Positions 27,610 through 42,751 of a DNA stretch of 64,000 nt are shown piece after piece. The DNA lies in assembly GCF_009914755.1 (NCBI RefSeq), contig NC_060928.1; one strand, given 5' to 3'. Every line of letters begins with the position of its first letter. Positions within the stretch are counted from its first letter, which is position 1. Under the pieces are notes generated by a model. That model had not been told where the DNA came from. It did no database searches and worked only from the letters and a program-made list of their open reading frames with translations. The translations under genes and the position numbers were made by a program. Source of the stretch: the human T2T-CHM13v2.0 reference genome, Homo sapiens.

Positions 27610-29489
27610 TCAGAGTGGTAAGTGGGTCTTCAGATCTTAGACATGCTTCCTCCATTTCCTTCCAACGTAGTTCTCTTTATCTATCATGTAACTTCGCAGG
27701 GAGATGTCTGGCCTTAGAGGTCTGGGGTCACTGCCAGGCATGGGGATGCACCTGGGTGAGTTTTCCAACCCTCCCCATTACCCTGTCCTCAGGCAGAGCT
27801 GTAGAGGGGCAGGCCATCTTCTCTTTCCTTTTTAATTCTGTCATTCTCCCACACACCCAGAATCCCCGCTGCTCATTTTCCTGAAAGCGTGGAGCTCCTC
27901 TCCGAGTGGCATGTACCAATTTAGGGTTTGCTGGGTAGGAAACTGTACAAACTCTGAGGTGGGCCTGAGGCAAGGTGAAGGGAGATTGTGTAGAGCATAG
28001 CCTGGAGGAGGAGCTGGGATCCCTGTCTCCCTGGAGCCGGTGGAGGATGCTGAAGAATGGAATCTGAAGATGCCCTGAGAATGTTTGGGGATCATGAGAA
28101 GTTTATGAGCTCCACACATCTCCAGCAAAGAGCAACACAGAAGATGGGCTTTTGTGTGTTAGGCAAAGAGGATGGCAGGAGGCCAGGAGGCTGTTCTGAA
28201 GGATGGCAGTACCCTGAAGACTCATCACATACATTGGATGTGTAATGTTACCTCCCTATCTCTGTGCCATACACACCCCCAACCCTCCAATACACCAGGT
28301 GTGATCCCATAGCCAGCTCCTCCCTTCACCTTCTGATGCCAGACTGGCAGAAACAGTAGTAGGAGGCTCCCCACCATAAGGAACCCAACTGGAGTGAAAA
28401 ACCCCAGCCCCACTGCTAGGCTATCAGGTGCCCGTGCAAAACAGACAGATACCCCTGCCTTGAGCCATTCTGTAGCCACCTGCTGCAAACAACCTGCATC
28501 ACCACTTTTACCTATCCCCAGTGCTCCCCAGCTGTGTTAGTCTTACTTTGCAAGTCCTCTGTCCAAAAGAGACTCTCTCAGAGGATCATCCTGTAGACAG
28601 AGAGATCCAAGATTAAAATACATTTTTAAAGGGCATTGTCAAGACTACATGGAGAGAAATTGCATGAAAGACAAAAAAAAAAAGCCCAAATCAAAGATGC
28701 AGTTGCCACTGGCTCTCTGTCTCTGTCAGACAGGTAACCGAATCTCACAATGAGGCCCCCGGATGCATCCATGGGACACACTCTGTACGTGCCACAGATG
28801 GTTCTCACTTCATACATATTTCATCTGTTTGAGTGTATGTGGTTTGGGGCAAATAAAAGCAAAGCGATTTTTGTGTCTCCAGCTCTGCCTTCAATATTTA
28901 GAGATTGTATTTCCACCAGAGCCTCTGAGATGTAAGTAAATGCAAACGATCCCCGCCAACGAGTGTTTGAGCTCTCTGTGGAGAGGGGGGCTCAAGGTTG
29001 TAGATTCCCATTAGCGAATTGGCATCTCATCCTCTCTTCTCCCCAATGGGCCCTCGTATGAAGCTGAAATGCCAAGTTATTTCCTCAGAGAAATGTTTCC
29101 CTCACATAGAGTCACACGTCCTCAACTGTAACCGACTATCTCTCTGCCAGCCTCCGTCTATGGTAACTGACATCAGATGAGCACATCACATGCAAAAGTG
29201 CTGGTGCCATAAATCTTTCAAAAGATTAAAGGGAGGCAGAGAATCAGGCACCAAAGCAGGGAATAGAAAGTATGGTGAATGACAAAGACAAAGGCTGTTG
29301 TGATTTTCTGTAAGATTAAGAAACTATCAGAAATGACCAGAAGTCCTGTAATCTGCCTGGGCCTATCCCATGCAGATCTGCTGACAGTGCTTATCAGTGC
29401 CTTCTGGTCTCCCTAGGAGATTTTTTAAAAAAGAAGTCGAATAGAAATAGTCATTGCAAATATCTTTATTTCCAAATATATCTCCTCTG

Positions 29490-30010
29490 AACATGTCAGA
29501 TCTCATTCTGCCACCTCATTGCTTAAAAACCTCTGATGGTTCTCAGTGTTCACAGAAAAAAAAACACAAATTTTTTAGCATGCAAGTCCTTTACCTAACA
29601 TCTCATCATACTTTCCTGGGCTCCTTGTCAGCTGCTCACTTGTGTGTGAATTATATTTGACCACTTGGGACTCTCATGTATTTTAATACCACATGTCTTC
29701 GCTTATGCTGTTCCTCTGCTGGAATGCTGTTCCATGCATTCTGTGCCTGGCCTCCTCTGACCCATTCTTCACATCCAGACCCCTCTAGGAGAAACCACTG
29801 CAGGAGAACTCATGCTTGCCTATGCATGTTACAAAAGTCTTTATCAATTCCTCTATTATAACATTGTTAGACAACATTGTTACTGTTTGCCCACACTTCT
29901 CTCCTTTGCTGGACTCTGAGTTCCAGTCTTGATATCTGACCATATTCATCAAAGCCCTGGCACATAGCAGGGGCTCAGTGAGCATTTGCTGGACTGAATG
30001 GAATGGAATG
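29490..30010 (+). mobile_element. L2 3' fragment
   Basis: tcagatctcattctgcc...gcttaaaaacctctgatgg...cctggcacatagcaggggctcagtgagcatttgctggactgaatg. Confidence 0.7.
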
Positions 30011-30150
30011 TTAAAGAAGAGACATAACATCAAATCCATAAGTGATGGATAAGACCCAATGGTATGTTCTGACAAGATTTAGAATAGGCCTATATAGTGT
30101 ATTAGTCTGTTTTCACATTGCTAATAAAGACATACCTGAGAGTGCGTTAT

Positions 30151-30596
30151 ATATTTATTTATTTATTTATTTTATTTCCATAGGTTATTGGGGAATAGGT
30201 GGTGTTTGGTTAAATGAGTTAGTTCTTTAGTGGTGATTTGTGAGATTTTGGTGCACCCACCACCCAAGCAGTATACATTGCACCCTATTTATACTGTTTT
30301 ATCCCTCACCCCCTTCCCACCCTTTCCCCAAATCCCCAAAGTCCATTGTGTCATTCTTAGGTCTTTGGATCCTGTAGCTTAGCTCCCACTTATGAGTGAG
30401 AATATATGATGTTTGGTTTTCCATTCCTGAGTTACTTCACTTAGAATGGTAGTCTCCAGTCTCACCCAGATCACTGTGAATGCCATGAATTCATTTATTT
30501 TTATGGTTGAGTAGTATTCCATCATATATATATATGATGAAATACATATGTGATGAAATATATATATGATGATATATATATATACTGTGATATATA

Positions 30597-30627
<31 letters not shown>

Positions 30628-31713
30628 CAGTTTCTTCATCCACTTGTTGATTGATGGGCGTTTGGTTTGACTCCATGTTTTTGCAATTGCAAATTGTGCT
30701 GCTATAAACATGTGTGTGCAAGTATCTTTTTTGTATAATGACTTCTTTTCCTCCGGGTAGATACCCAGTAGTGGGATTGCTGGATCAAATAGTTGTTCTA
30801 CTTTTAGTTATTTAAGGATTCTCCACACTGTTTTCCATAGTGATTGTACTAGTTTACATTCCTACCAGCAGTGTAGAAGTGTTCCCTGTTCACCACATCC
30901 ATGCCAGCATCTACTATTTTTTCATTTTTTGATTATGGCCATTCTTGCAGGAGTAAGGTAGTATTGAATTGCGGTTTTGATTTGCATTTCCCTTATCATT
31001 AGTGATGCTGAGCATTCTTTCATGTTTGTTGGCCATTTGTATATCTCCTTTTGAGAATTCTCTATTCATGTTCTTAGCCCACTTTTTGATGGGATTGTTT
31101 TTATCTTGCTGATTTGTTTGAGTTCCTTGTAGATTCTGGATATTAGTCCTTTGTCAGATGTATAGATTGTGAAGATTTTCTCCCAGTCTGTGTGCGGGTT
31201 GTCTGTTTACTCTGCTGACTGTTACTTTTGCTGTGCAAAAGCTCTTTAGTTTAATTAAGTCCCAGCTATTTATCTTTGTTTTTATCGCATTTGCTTTTGG
31301 GTTCTTGGTCATGAAATCCTTGCCTAAGCCAAAGTCTAGAAGGGGTTTTCCAGTGTTAGCTTCTAGAATTTTTATAGTTTCAGGTCTTAGATTTAAGTCC
31401 TTAATCCATCTTGAGTTGATTTTTATATAAGGTGAGGGATGAGGATTCAGTTTCATTCTTCTACACGTGGCTTGACAATTATCCCAGCACCATTTGTTGA
31501 AAAGGGTGTCCTTTCCCCACTTTATATTTTTGTTTACTTTGTCGAAGATCAGTTGGCTATAAGTAATTGGATTTATTTCTAGGTTCTCTATTCTGTTCCA
31601 TTGTTCTATGTGCCTATTTTTGTACCAGTACCATGCTGTTTTGGTGACTATGGTCTTATAGTATAGTTTGAAATCAGGTAGTGTGATGCCTCCAGATTTG
31701 TTCTTTTTGCTTA
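30151..31713 (-). mobile_element. L1PB1-like 5'-truncated LINE-1 (about 1.56 kb)
   Basis: L1PB1-type 3' end ggtggtgtttggtt...gttctttagtggtgatttgtgagattttggtgcaccc; degraded 17-bp TSD 30136-30152 / 31714-31730. Confidence 0.9.
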
Positions 31714-31768
31714 CTGAGATTGGGTAATTTATAAAGGAAAGCGGTTTAACTGACTCACAGTTCCACAT
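31154..31768 (-). pseudogene. Decayed L1 ORF2p fragment (post-RT region) in frame with 19 THE1-derived codons
   Basis: [19 protein letters not shown]...[18 protein letters not shown]...[12 protein letters not shown]...[11 protein letters not shown] is L1 ORF2p. Confidence 0.9.
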
Positions 31769-32109
31769 GGCTGGGGAGGCCTCACAATCATGGCAGAAGG
31801 CAAATAAGGAGCAAAGTCATGTCTTACATGGTGGCAGGCAAGAGAGCATTTGCAGGGGAATTCCCTTTCGTAAAGCCATCAGATCTTGTGAGAGTTATTC
31901 ACTATCATGAGAATAGCACAGGAAAAACCCACCCCCATGATTCAATTACCTCTCACCAGGTCCCTCCCACAACACATGGGGATTATTACAATTCGAGATG
32001 AGATTTGTGTGGGGACACAGAGCCAAACCGTATAATATAGTTATAAGTAACTCTGAAGAAGAAACTGTAGAATTCTTAGGGTATAAAACCTACACTGTTT
32101 TACTTGACT

Positions 32110-32250
32110 ACTTACTTGTGTTGTTTATTAATTTAACAGTTGCTTATTTAAGGCCTAATATGTGCTAGGCATTGTTCTAGACACCAGGGATTCAGCAGCA
32201 AACTGAATAGATAAAAATTCCTGCTGTCATGGAACTTATATTTTAGAAGG
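32110..32250 (-). mobile_element. L2 3' fragment
   Basis: tatgtgctaggcattgttctagacaccagggattcagcag...cctgctgtcatggaactta. Confidence 0.75.
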
Positions 32251-32482
32251 CAGAGTGTAGTGGTTACAGTGGGCTCTGAGTTCAATTCCTAGTTTCATCA
32301 CTTACTAACTGTGTGACCTTGGGAAAATTACTTACCCTTCCTGTGCTTCAGTTTCCTCATTTGTAAAATGGAGATTAAAAATAGTCCCTACTTCATAGGG
32401 CTATTTGAACAATAAATACGTTAAACACTTAGAATAATGGCTGGCACATAGCACACACTGAACAAATTTTGGCTATTATTAT
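32250..32482 (+). mobile_element. MIR, near full length
   Basis: cacttactaactgtgtgaccttgggaaaattactt...cagtttcctcatttgtaaaatggag...ctggcacatag. Confidence 0.88.
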
Positions 32483-32959
32483 CTAATAGTTTATTTTACA
32501 GCTGAGAAAACAGAGGTACAGACTTCACATTTAGCTGTTGTTCTTATCTCTCACTCAGGTTGTCCCCAGAAGTAATGAGCTTGTAAACTCCTGTCTGCAG
32601 GCGCCTCTTTCCTTGTGCGTGTGTTCCACCTGGAACTCCACCCTCCATTCACTCCTTCTCCTCCCTGCCTGTCTCACCCGTGCCTTGATTGACACTTACT
32701 TGTCCTTAATATCTCAGCCTAGAATCATTCTGTTTGGGAAACCCAAGGATATAGAAATTGGAATGACTTAAAGGTGGGGTTTACTGCAGATTGGCCATCT
32801 AGATAAATTGACACCATATTTAGAGCTGAATTATTCAGGTGAGTTCTTCACCATGCATTAACCTTATTGGTCACCTTCATGTTCTCTAGATCTAGCCAGA
32901 GGGAAATTCTGAGTAGTTTCAATCAGAATGAAAATCTTTTCTCGACAACTCAGCACAAG

Positions 32960-33170
32960 GTCTTGTCATTTACTACTTGTTTTTCCTTGAGCAAGTTATT
33001 TAGTTTCTCCATCTCTTGGTTTTATCATCTGCAGAATGGGATTTAGTTGCACACAGAACTGCCTCATTAAGTCATAGTGAGAATTCCATGGCAGAGTTAT
33101 GCAAAACCTTTAGTACAGTGGCTGGAAGATAGTAAACACTCCATAAATTATAACAATTATTATTATTTAA
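32960..33170 (+). mobile_element. MIR fragment
   Basis: ccttgagcaagttatt...tcatctgcagaatggg...tagtaaacactccataaat. Confidence 0.7.
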
Positions 33171-33389
33171 CTTCTATTTTATACAGAGTCCAGTTGTGGC
33201 CTTGTCTAATTGCTTGACTCCATGGGATGGTATTCATTGGCAACTTGAGCAGGAGAAAGCAGTGCAACAAATACCCTCCTTAATATTAATAGCCCCTTTA
33301 ACTTCTCTAAAAGACTTCAAAACAAACAAATCAACTGCATTCTAACCCCAATTCCTTTCTTCCTCCCTTCAATAAACACTTTCAAGGAG

Positions 33390-33770
33390 AGTAGGGATAT
33401 GATCCAGGTTATTCTGCAATAACAAACACTCTCCAAATCTCAGCAGCGCAAAACATCAAAGGTTTATTTCTGTTCATGATATGTGCCTGGGGTTGGCAAG
33501 GGGATTCTGCCCATTGAAGTCCCTCAGTGGCCCTAGGGAATGGGTGGCCATCATCTGAAATGTTGTTGTTGCCCCTGGCCAGACAGAAAAGAGCTGTGGA
33601 TGGTTTCAATCCAGCAATGAGGTAAGCACTTCAGCCTGGAGAGGGCATTCACCACTCTGCCCACCACTTACTGACCACACTTGTCGCCTGCCCCACCCAG
33701 GCCCAAGGAATCTGGCAGTGCAATTCCAGGAAGGGGGAGAACTGGGCATATTTGAACTACCATGGCAACC
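33390..33770 (-). mobile_element. Old MaLR LTR (MLT1I/J-like)
   Basis: aggttattctgcaataacaaacactctccaaatctcag...aaaggtttatttctgttcatg. Confidence 0.65.
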
Positions 33771-34714
33771 ACAATGCAAAGCACTGTGCCAGGCACAGTA
33801 GAAGACACGATGATACATACCCTTCCACCTTGGTCCTCAGGTTACTTACTATCTGGCTGGAGAGATAAGGACAGCAGATGGTAGAACACAGCAGATGTGA
33901 TTTCTGGGCTTCCAGCAGGATTCCTTAGAGTCTAGAGGATGAATGGAGTGATGAATTCCCATGGCCCTGCTGTGAACACTGAAAAAATTCATTACCAGGG
34001 GTCTGGCAGGGACTGTAAAGATGTTATTTGGGAGACCAGAACCAGGGTAGTAATAGCTCATCATTTTTAAAGTTCTAGTGAAGGCTGTCATCACTGGCCC
34101 CATAATTTATTTAAACATCTATCTGTCTGTGTGAGGGGCCCAGTGAGGAGCAGATGGAATTCTTCCCTGGGAGAGCCTGGGAACCAGGGAGGTACATGCA
34201 CAGCAGGGAGGGGATAAGGCATGCCTGGGACACACTCACACTTGAGAGGATTCGTTTTCAGCATGATCAGGCCTTTCAACCACAGATGCTTATTGGGCAC
34301 TCATTCAGTGCAAGAAAACAGTGAAGTCAACATGGGAAATACAGCAAAACAAAGGGCTGGCCCACCCTCGAGGTGCTTATAAGATATTAAGAGAGATAAG
34401 ACAGAGATGCAGGGAAAATATCACGATCAAAACATAGTAATGATGAGTGCCTAAGTGAGTGATTTGGACACGTCCTACAGCAGCTACAGAGGAAAAGCAA
34501 GCTCCCCTGGTAAGAGAAGTCCAGGAGTGAAAAAGGAAGAGGTAAACTCTTTAGCCCTAAAAGATGGGTAAGTTTTTGGTTGATGGAGAAAAGGGACATC
34601 ATGGGAAATGACGTGTGCAAAGGTGTTTAGAAAGGAAAATGAAAAGCCCAAGTAGAGTTTAACTAGAACAGGGCTTTGTATAGGTGAGCGGTAGTTAGAA
34701 AGAAAGGTTGGTGG

Positions 34715-35167
<453 letters not shown>

Positions 35168-35194
<27 letters not shown>

Positions 35195-35380
35195 GGGCCA
35201 ATGTTAGACACCTTACATATATTAGCATATTTTAGCTTCTTCCCAACTCTCAGAGGTTAGCAGAAATAACCCTATTTATAGAAGAGGAAATTGAGGCTCA
35301 CAGGTCATCTGGTAATAAGGGAAAGAGCTGAAATTCAGACCCAGGACTATCTGGTGTTAAAGCTGTGCCTCTTCTGTCAC
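35168..35380 (-). mobile_element. MIR
   Basis: atttatagaagaggaaattgaggctcaca...gagctgaaattcagacccagg. Confidence 0.7.
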
Positions 35381-38300
35381 ACCACACTGACTGTCCACAA
35401 AGACTGTGGGTTGGAACATGACACAGTTATACAACACATTAAGAAGATCAAGCAAACTGTGGCATAGAGAAGAGAGACTGCTGATGGGGAGTTTGACAAG
35501 GAGGTGATTGTGAAAGTCCAGGTTTTGGTAAGGACTTGAATTGAGATGATGATGCAGGAAATGAGTATGACCACGAACAATAGGGGAGTCATAAGAAATT
35601 GCCAAATTGGGAGGAAAGATGGTGCCTTTGATTATGGACACAGTTAGTTTGAAGAAGACAGATAGCCAGGTTATTATTTGGCAGTAGGAAAGCAGATTAG
35701 TGAAGTGTTAATAGTTAGCAGCACAGGCACTGTGCAACCTTAGGCAAGCTACCTAACTGCCATAAACCTCAATTTCCCCTTCCTTAGGGATCTGTGTAAG
35801 GATTACTTGAGGTAACGCATGCACATTATTGAACATAAAGTTTGAGAAACAGGAAGAGTGCTAGATTAGTGGGAGTAGACATTTTATTGGAGAGAGAGGG
35901 CAGAGCCCAGGAATGTGCCTTTTCCACGGTTATCTTCCTTGGCTCGGCAGGTGTTGCCTGGTGAGCCCTGGAAATGCTGCCTACAACTTCCATCATACAA
36001 TTGTCCGACTGATCTTGGGCTTGCCCATTTGAACAGTGCACTTGACTTTCGGCACCTGCACATCCATGGTCGGGAGAGGAGTCTGGTCTGCCTCATGGTG
36101 TAACGGGCATGGGATTTTCGGGCTTCCAGAAAGAGGAAGACACCAGTACCCTTCATTTCAGTCCACTGTGATTATGGAGCTGTTAAAACCTCTTCTGTGT
36201 ATCATCAGATTACACTATCTTCACAGGGAGTGACTGAATGTTCTATGCAAAGTGAGAATTTGAGAGAAGAGACCCTCAAACCACAACCAGCATCATCACC
36301 ACAAGGTCACACAAACACTCCCTGTTCTTATCATACAGCAATATTATCTGATGCCAGAGAATTTCATAAACAAACTTGAATGGGCAATAAAAGGAAGCCC
36401 CCACACTAGGCAGGCAATCAAATTTTTACATCTTAAAAGCCCCGATGAATTACATACAGAGTAACCAGGTTTGTCCTCATAAAAGTCATTCTGCTATCCT
36501 CAAACTCATCATAAAAAGATCTATATTAAAAATCAGCATGATGATATCCATAAAAGATTGAAGCAAAAAAAAATGCAATGTTGATTCTCCCAGGGCCTAA
36601 GGCAACCCTGTCTTCAAGGCAGAGCTTCCATGAATGTCAGCATAAGTAAGGGAATCCATCAATTAGTTATTTCATAAAGCCAAGGAGTAACTGAAACCAT
36701 ATAGTTGTATATATGTTTAACTCTTTGGAAGCTGAAGAATGATCAAAACACATAGGTGAAAGTTTTACTGTTCTGTTAATACTGTCTTAATTTTGGTCCA
36801 CCCCAACACCAAACAGGTCTTACAGGATTAAATTCTTACCAGCCTAAATATTTATTTTATCCACACAGTCTTGAATTATTTTTTCAAAATAAGACATTAG
36901 CTGTCTTGGACATTTCTTATTGCCACAATCAGCTGATTTTCCCTCTTGCTTTCTCTGTTTGTTCCCTTCCTTAAAGCCAAAGAGTTTGAATTTCTTTTCC
37001 CAGACCTGAGAGAGGTCTTGTACACTGGTAAATTGACACTGAACATGGAAGACATAGAAGCTACCTTCTTGGCCTCAACACGCTTAACTTAAGAAGAGCT
37101 GTTGGGAAAGCTGTGGTGCAGCCTGTCTGTCACTGGCAGGGGGACAGGGCATGGCATCATGGGATATGGTTTCCAGGGTCATGCAAACAAGCATGGTAGA
37201 AATGATAACACCATGGGGCCTGAGCAAAAGCCTCAGCCTTATGGAATATTCCTTGTGGCACATGGGCCAGAACGTGCTATTTCATGGCAGGTGAAGACAT
37301 TGGGGCCTAAAGACTTACAATGATCTGTGAAATATCAAAGCTCAACTTCTTAAAGTCTTCATTCCGTAATCTATAAAAGGGGGGCAACAAAATAAGGATG
37401 AAATGAGATTACCTGGAAAGCTATGGACTTCTTTTCATGTTCAACCATTGCCTAGCCCTGCCTCCCTCTCTGAACAGTGGTGAAGACACATTTCTATCCC
37501 AGTCCCATCCCCTTCTCTCCGGAGTCCTTCAGTGCTGCTCACCACTTCTCCTGCACCTCCTCTCACTTCTCCTCCAAGAAGCTGCAGGGAGGAAGGTGTC
37601 CATGTGGCAGAGTTTGGGTTGAGACTCAGCCAATGATACTAGACTGAACCCACTGGCCCCTGCCAGGGCCTCTCTATAATCATGGGAGTTCTGGGCTACC
37701 TGCACAAAGAGGATGGCATTCAGGGGAGGAAGGAGGCATGGCCGTGCCTGGACACCTTCTCAGTGCTCACCTGGAGGAGAAGGCCTCCTCAGCGTTCCCC
37801 TCCCCACCACCCATCTTTGTTGCACACTCTCCTTTAAAACCAGAAGCCCTCCGTCTTTCTTCCTCAAGCAGGGGAAGTGGCCTGGCAAGGATAAGAATGA
37901 GGTTCTGAGTCAGGGGAGGCTGAGAGCAGTGGAGGGAGGATGAGAGTTTTATTCCATCAATGTTGGGGGCTGACTCCTTCGAAGAGGAGGCCTGTGCCTC
38001 AGAGCCATGGGTAAGGTCATTTATAGAAACTTTGGTTTCTATAAACGGGGTGGGGTTTCTGGAGTGGCTCATATGTGCCACAGATCAAAGCTCACACAAT
38101 TGCCACCACTTCCTGGCTGACCCTTGACCTCTGGTTTGCAAGGCCAGTGCTGCCTCCCCCTCCTTCCTGACCAGTAGCAGGGACACTCCCTGAGGGCTGG
38201 TGCCTCCACACTGGTTACAGCCTCATCTCCAGCCTGCAGAAACAGGGAGGACTTTCAGTAATGAGAAACCTTCACATACCCTAAGTCCCAGGGGACAAGG

Positions 38301-39359
38301 TGGGAGACCCCTCTTTTAAGGTCCATCTTAGTTTGTGGTGATAACTCAGATCCAGGGGGAGAAACAGATTGGTCCATTCATCCCTATCCTTACCTTGGCA
38401 TGGGAAACCACAACCCACAGTGCCCAACATTGGCCTTGGCATGCCTCACCCTTGTCTCAGCTGTCTCAGGCCATATATTCTTGGTCATGCACTGGGAGAC
38501 CCTCCCCTCCAAGTATGTCTTTTTTTAGTTTTTAATTTTATTAGTTTTGAATCCCCCAAATGGTCTTCATCCTCCAAGTATATCTGTCAAGTGCTGCCAC
38601 CCAACCTCTGTTGGGGAAATGACAAACAGCAAGTTTCTGCCTTCTGACTTGCCTACAGGGCCATAAGCAACTCCATCATGCTTGGGTTAGAGTGAGTAAA
38701 AACAGAACAAAATATTGGGATTTGATGTTACTGAAGAAAATCTATGTCCTGGAGCTGACAGATCTTGTCTGACAACTTTCCCAGAGGGTCTTTCTGGGTG
38801 TCATCAGTGGGACCTGGGCTTCTAAAACTGGGTGGGGAGAAACTCATATTTTGTCCTTGTCATTTTTCCCCAGAGTTATTGTCACCCAGACAGACAGGCA
38901 GACTGGAATGAGGAGAGAAGGCAAGACAAAGAGAGAAAATTAGTGTGGGCCAAGAGGCAGGAGTTTATCATTCCTGAGGCATAGGATGGGGCTTTCTTCC
39001 TCTTCTGTCTCTGGGGTGCTTTCTGCATCTCTATCTCCATTATCTCTGGCTTCTGGCCTTCACAACCTACGCAAGCACACTCTAAAGTTAAGAAAACAAG
39101 GAAACAAGGGAAGGAGATAAGTAAAGAAAAAACTACATCCATAAAAGAACTGTCATTCTGGGATTTGAAGAGAGAGTGCTAAGATAGCCCTAGTAATTAA
39201 ACTTATTTTGATTGGAATTTATTTATTTATGTATCCATTTCCTAAGATGTTAATTAGCAGCTTCCAACAAAAGATGCAGATATAAGAAAATTAAATCATT
39301 TAATTAGAATTAAGTGTGAGTCTAATATGTACAAAGTACTGGGTTGCATGGAGTTCAGC

Positions 39360-39580
39360 CTTATGCAGAGAGCAGGGGCTTTGGAATACCTTTTAGCTGT
39401 GTAACTTAAAAAAGTTAGTTAATCTTTGAGCATCAATTCCTCTTCTGTAAAACCGAGTTAATAATTGTAGAACCTACCTCACAGACTCGTGTTATGGGTT
39501 TAAATAATATATGTTGAAGTGCTTAACATAGTCTCTGGCAATTCAGTGAGCACTTAATACACAGTAAGTATTACTGTGAT
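39360..39580 (+). mobile_element. MIR
   Basis: tagctgtgtaactt...gagcatcaattcctcttctgtaaaa...aagtgcttaacatagtctctggca. Confidence 0.75.
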
Positions 39581-39589
39581 TATTCATTT

Positions 39590-40870
<1,281 letters not shown>

Positions 40871-42145
40871 AGTAGGGATGAAAACTTTCTTGCAGCCCCC
40901 ATCCTCTTCCATCAGAATGGCTTTCTGACTGTTTTCCACTTTCTTATCCAAATAATTAGCAAATAATCACATATAATTCTAATTAAATGCAAAATCAAAT
41001 AGGCACATTTATGCAATACTGAGGAGTGACTTTTTCCTCAATTTGTCATGTTTACAATAATGTCACCAATTTAAACATCAGGTTAAAAAACAGAAATGTT
41101 CAGGTTCTAATGATATCGTTCCCTTTTCCTCTTTGCTTCCATGTGATATTTTAGGTTATTCTTGTAGCTATTAATAGTGCTCTAATCCACACAATTTGGA
41201 AGCAGAATATCGCCTTGGAGGACTTTAGATTGGGTGTGCACTTCCCTCTATTTCTATGAAAATTTCATGTTTCTTAAATGTCATTTTTTGAACTTTAGAT
41301 ATGCAAACTTAATGTGAGACTCTAAAATGCAATGATTTCTTTTTACAGCCATGATAGATTTGTTTAAATCATTGGTCAGCTCTGACAGTTGTATTAAAAT
41401 CTTTAAAAAAAAATGACAGAAACCAGAACATGCTATCTAAAGTATACATCCTCTCCTGTTGTTTTGGAAAGCCAGTGGCACATACTTCATATGCAAGACC
41501 CTCATTCTTGGGACCATTACATATGGATCATCAAGTGTTGGTTACGCATTTTTATATAAACTTGATCTTGCATAGCTCAGCTGCTTTGCTGAGGCACAGT
41601 CCTGAGGAAGGTTGCTTGGATTCTCAGTTTAGCATAACATTTGAGTGATACAGCACAGTATTCCTGTTCATATAAATATTTTAGGTTGAAAAAACTCCTT
41701 TTGTTATTTTTCTCTCTGCCTAAGAAATACTTTCATGAACTCTTCCCATAACAGAGCAGTTCTCTGACTTCAGTAACCCTGAAGACAGACAAGGAAATAG
41801 CCTCTTGGCACTTCTGGTTTTCCACAACTAAAACATTGAGAAAATATGCAGAACCACACCACTTTTAGGTGACTAGAGAGTTCCTTATTTTCTTTAAACT
41901 GTACATCCTGTCTCCTTCCCAGTTCTGTATGTGGGAAAAATTAACACTGGAGTTAGTAAGGAAGAAGGTATATGACCACACTATTAACCTCAGAGAGCCT
42001 ACTTTGGAAGTTTCCAATTTCCTTCCCATTTGTGGTTGGAGTGTGACCTGTAATCTGGATTTTCATCCAATAATTCTTTCTATGAAGGCGTCTGTGACTA
42101 ATTTTGTCCACAAGTTCTCTTCTCTTCCTTCCTTGTCTTCCTTTC

Positions 42146-42149
<4 letters not shown>

Positions 42150-42200
<51 letters not shown>
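42150..42200. repeat. Compound (GT)n(GA)n microsatellite
   Basis: Directly visible. Confidence 0.97.
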
Positions 42201-42201
<1 letters not shown>

Positions 42202-42751
42202 AAGATTTATCTTTTTCCTTTATCCTCTTATGTTTTCTATTTGCTCGTTCATGTATTTGTCTCCCCTCATTTCTCTTGCTAACTTATAGAATACTACAAA
42301 ACAAGGATTATATCTTTTTCTTTTGTTTTTCATTTCAAAGTACCTAGCCAGAGATAGAGTACCCAGGCATAAAAGAAGTGTTTAATCCGCACTCATGGAT
42401 GAATTATGTTAGGACAAAAAACTAGATGGTAGGATCTAGTGTTGCACACTTTCATCCTGAATAATGCATTTTGCTCAGCAATTATCACCCCAACCTTCAT
42501 TGGCGATCCGTGAACTCACCAAAAATTTAGTGTGTGTTTGTGTGTGTGAGAAAATATGTGTGGGTGTATGGTGTGTGTGTTTGCCCGGTCTGCAGCCTGC
42601 ATCAGATTCAAAGGGGTTCAATCCTCAAGAGTTCAGGGGAGTTCTCTCCTTTCCCTTGGTGCTGGCAGATGAAAAGTGCAAGGACTCAGCACTTTTTTTG
42701 AACCAGTCAAGGTCTTGCAGACATGAGGAAATGTACATTAGAAGTTTTAGA

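Larger units (their letters stand above)
30098..32035 (-). mobile_element. THE1 (THE1B/C-like) solo LTR split by L1PB1
   Basis: tgtattagtctgttttcac...taaagacatacctgaga / cagttccacatggctggggaggcctcacaatcatggc...ggggacacagagccaaacc; 5-bp TSD tatag 30093-30097 / 32036-32040. Confidence 0.93.

Noticed and set aside
30521-30628. (TA)n/(TG)n palindromic low-complexity tract
   Set aside because: Ordinary microsatellite expansion at a slippage-prone L1 position
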